IMG/VR virus record: IMGVR_UViG_3300043398_000262
Location: 1 to 58,085 of that record
Reading direction: 5' to 3' (one strand)
Origin: a virus
Lineage: Duplodnaviria; Caudoviricetes
Length of the DNA stretch: 58,085 nucleotides
A program made the translations under genes and the position numbers. Positions 56,193 through 58,085 of the stretch are shown here, piece by piece. Every line of letters begins with the position of its first letter. Positions within the stretch are counted from its first letter, which is position 1. The notes beneath the pieces are model-generated. The model searched no databases. It was not told the origin of the DNA and saw nothing but the letters and a program-made list of their open reading frames with translations.

Positions 56193-58085
56193 CTATTTGG
56201 TCCAGCGTGGTCCGCCCAGCTCGGCCAACGCCTCCAGCGACGGTAGTTCGCCTTCTGCGTAGACCAGCTTCTGCTCAGTCTGGGTGAATATTTGCTGGAA
56301 GACGGCTTTGCTGTCCTTGGCTTTGAGCAAGCTGGCGAGATGCTGACGGCACCCAATATACAGCCAGGACTGGACAGCAGCGGCTTCTTGACCAGGACGA
56401 TGTAGCCGCCCCAGCGCCTGTTCATCGGGTACCGTCATAAATAGCTGCTTGGACCAGAATTTCTGCAGATTGCGTCCACGTCGGTTCGATTGAACGGAGC
56501 ACACGGCTGGGCCGCCCTGATGTTTCATGATGAACTGCTTGGTTTTGGCGTCAGTTCCCTTGGCTCCGTAGTACGGGCACCCGACACGTTCGGCTATACG
56601 TTCACCCAACTCAACGCCTCGGACCCAAATCAACCCACCGTGTTCGCGTGCCCAGTCGCCTGCGGCTATGACTGCGTCGTCAGCCAACCAAACTACTTCG
56701 CTGGGGGGCTCCTCCAGCCCCGTCTCGGCCGTGTAGCGCTTCTGGGCAGCGTCCCATGCCGCCAGCTTTCCCTTGTCGTTATACAGGCGCCTACGGACAG
56801 CCCGCTCCATACGAGCAACCGAGTCGATGCCACGGCGGTTACTGGCAATCGCGTCGCGGCACCACTTCTGCCATTCGCGTCTGGCATCTAGGAACCACTT
56901 GGGCGGCTGTGGGTCGCTGAACCGCCCCCAGTAGCCATAGCCAGCCGTTTCCTGGTGCCGTCCGACGGCGAATTTATCCTCGAGAATGGTCCCGTCAGGC
57001 AACTGCTTCTTTTTGATGCAGCCGAAGAATTCGTCGATAGCGTCGTTCTGGGGCTCAGCTATCAACGACAACATTTCCAAGCCAATCTCTCGGCCCGAAT
57101 CGTCGACCAGCCGACCCTCCTGGGAGCTGATGACACCGGCCGTATTGTAGATGCGCCGAGAGACTGCGGTCCGCACAATATTCCGCTTGTCCTCGTATCC
57201 AGGCGTGGCGTCGTATTCAGCCCGCTCAGCAGCGTTCAAGAAATGCAGCAGAGCACCGACTTCGGTGTTGCTGGGTGCGACGTCCAAATAGGACGCCCAC
57301 GCCCGAAGCTCGGTGTAGCCGACGGCTGGACGTGGCAGCGGAGATTTGTCACCCAGCGCCATTTCCAGCAACACGGCCGGACCGTAAATCGAGTCCTTGA
57401 ACGGCGTACCCGTCAAGACGATGACTGGTGTGCCTGGGTATTTACGCAGATACGCTCGAATGCGCTTCAGTGCGACGGCTGCGTGTGCTCCGTGGGCCTC
57501 ATCCAGCAGCAGCATGTCGGGCCGAGCCCGCTCCAGAATCGACTGCCTAGAGATGCTGCCGTCGTCGCCCAGCTCTTCGCCACCAGTTGGCGCGCTCAGC
57601 ATTTCGTAGCTGAGGAACGGTAGCTGAGGTATCTGCCAGTGCTGGCGCAGCCGGGCAAACTCGCCGATGTCACCTTTTCTAGGATTGCCCATGACGTCTT
57701 CGCGCAACGAAGCAGGCGCGATATACAGCGGATTGCGAGCTCCAAGCACAGTCGGCAGCAAACCCGCCGTAAGCGTTTTGCCGGCGCCTACGCGCAAGAA
57801 TCCAGCAAGCCCGCGACACTGCCAAGCCTCGTGAAGAGCGGCTGCCTGCATGGGGCGCAGTCCACCTGGATAAGGCATCTGGGTGGTCGCTAGACGCTGG
57901 GTCAAGAACGCCCCCAAGTCCACTAGCTCTGGATTGCTGGGCGCTGGAGGAGGACGCTTGGCCAACGCCAAAATGCGCATCAGCTCTGGTCCCTCAGGGA
58001 CTACAGGGAAGCTGATGGTCTCAGCGTCGCCACTGCCGCCCATCTCCTCCAGCGTTGCCCCGATTGCGTCCAGCAGCTCCAGGGT
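56193..58085 (-). CDS. SF2 (SNF2/DEAD-like) helicase; true start at window position 27 across the circular join
   Basis: LRPMQ, VGAGKT, LLLDEAH, LTGTP, QALGRLHRPGQ; frame is open to 58085 and continues to the ATG at 27..25. Confidence 0.88.
   Translation of the reverse strand, partial: TLELLDAIGATLEEMGGSGDAETISFPVVPEGPELMRILALAKRPPPAPSNPELVDLGAFLTQRLATTQMPYPGGLRPMQAAALHEAWQCRGLAGFLRVGAGKTLTAGLLPTVLGARNPLYIAPASLREDVMGNPRKGDIGEFARLRQHWQIPQLPFLSYEMLSAPTGGEELGDDGSISRQSILERARPDMLLLDEAHGAHAAVALKRIRAYLRKYPGTPVIVLTGTPFKDSIYGPAVLLEMALGDKSPLPRPAVGYTELRAWASYLDVAPSNTEVGALLHFLNAAERAEYDATPGYEDKRNIVRTAVSRRIYNTAGVISSQEGRLVDDSGREIGLEMLSLIAEPQNDAIDEFFGCIKKKQLPDGTILEDKFAVGRHQETAGYGYWGRFSDPQPPKWFLDARREWQKWCRDAIASNRRGIDSVARMERAVRRRLYNDKGKLAAWDAAQKRYTAETGLEEPPSEVVWLADDAVIAAGDWAREHGGLIWVRGVELGERIAERVGCPYYGAKGTDAKTKQFIMKHQGGPAVCSVQSNRRGRNLQKFWSKQLFMTVPDEQALGRLHRPGQEAAAVQSWLYIGCRQHLASLLKAKDSKAVFQQIFTQTEQKLVYAEGELPSLEALAELGGPRWTK
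58062..58085. repeat. Right copy of 24-nt terminal direct repeat
   Basis: Matches positions 1-24 with one mismatch. Confidence 0.9.

Noticed and set aside
1-58085. Stop-codon reassignment suggested by abundant CTAG/TAG
   Set aside because: Core genes are full length under the standard code and many end at TAG with tight coupling to the next gene

Overview
The window looks like a complete, circularly permuted ~58 kb tailed dsDNA phage genome. The first and last 24 nt are near-identical, and the SF2 helicase ORF at the right end gains an in-frame ATG at position 27 when the ends are joined. The virion architecture is podovirus-like: portal, scaffold, major capsid, adaptor, nozzle, ejection proteins and tailspike, with no tape measure or sheath gene. 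Replication and nucleotide genes lie on the minus strand (1-13043 and 47.8-58 kb): AEP primase-helicase, family A DNA polymerase, SF2 helicase, Cas4-like exonuclease, RusA, dCMP deaminase and nucleotidases. Morphogenesis and lysis genes lie mostly on the plus strand (13.8-47.8 kb). Lipoproteins with DAG/DAS linkers hint at a Myxococcota host (inference). Four features stand out. (1) A second, exonuclease-less family-A-fold polymerase with an altered steric gate sits directly beside a repeat- and hairpin-rich non-coding strand-switch region. (2) A ~260-nt array of three long stem-closed hairpin domains has mismatches that read as G-U/G-T wobbles on the plus strand. (3) An orphan MqsA-type antitoxin appears to have been captured from a TA operon into the middle of a now-broken MazG gene. 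(4) A Cre-like recombinase is wedged antisense between the scaffold and capsid genes. Seven free-standing homing endonucleases and strong GATC avoidance are also present. All calls come from motif reading by eye; no database searches or folding programs were run.
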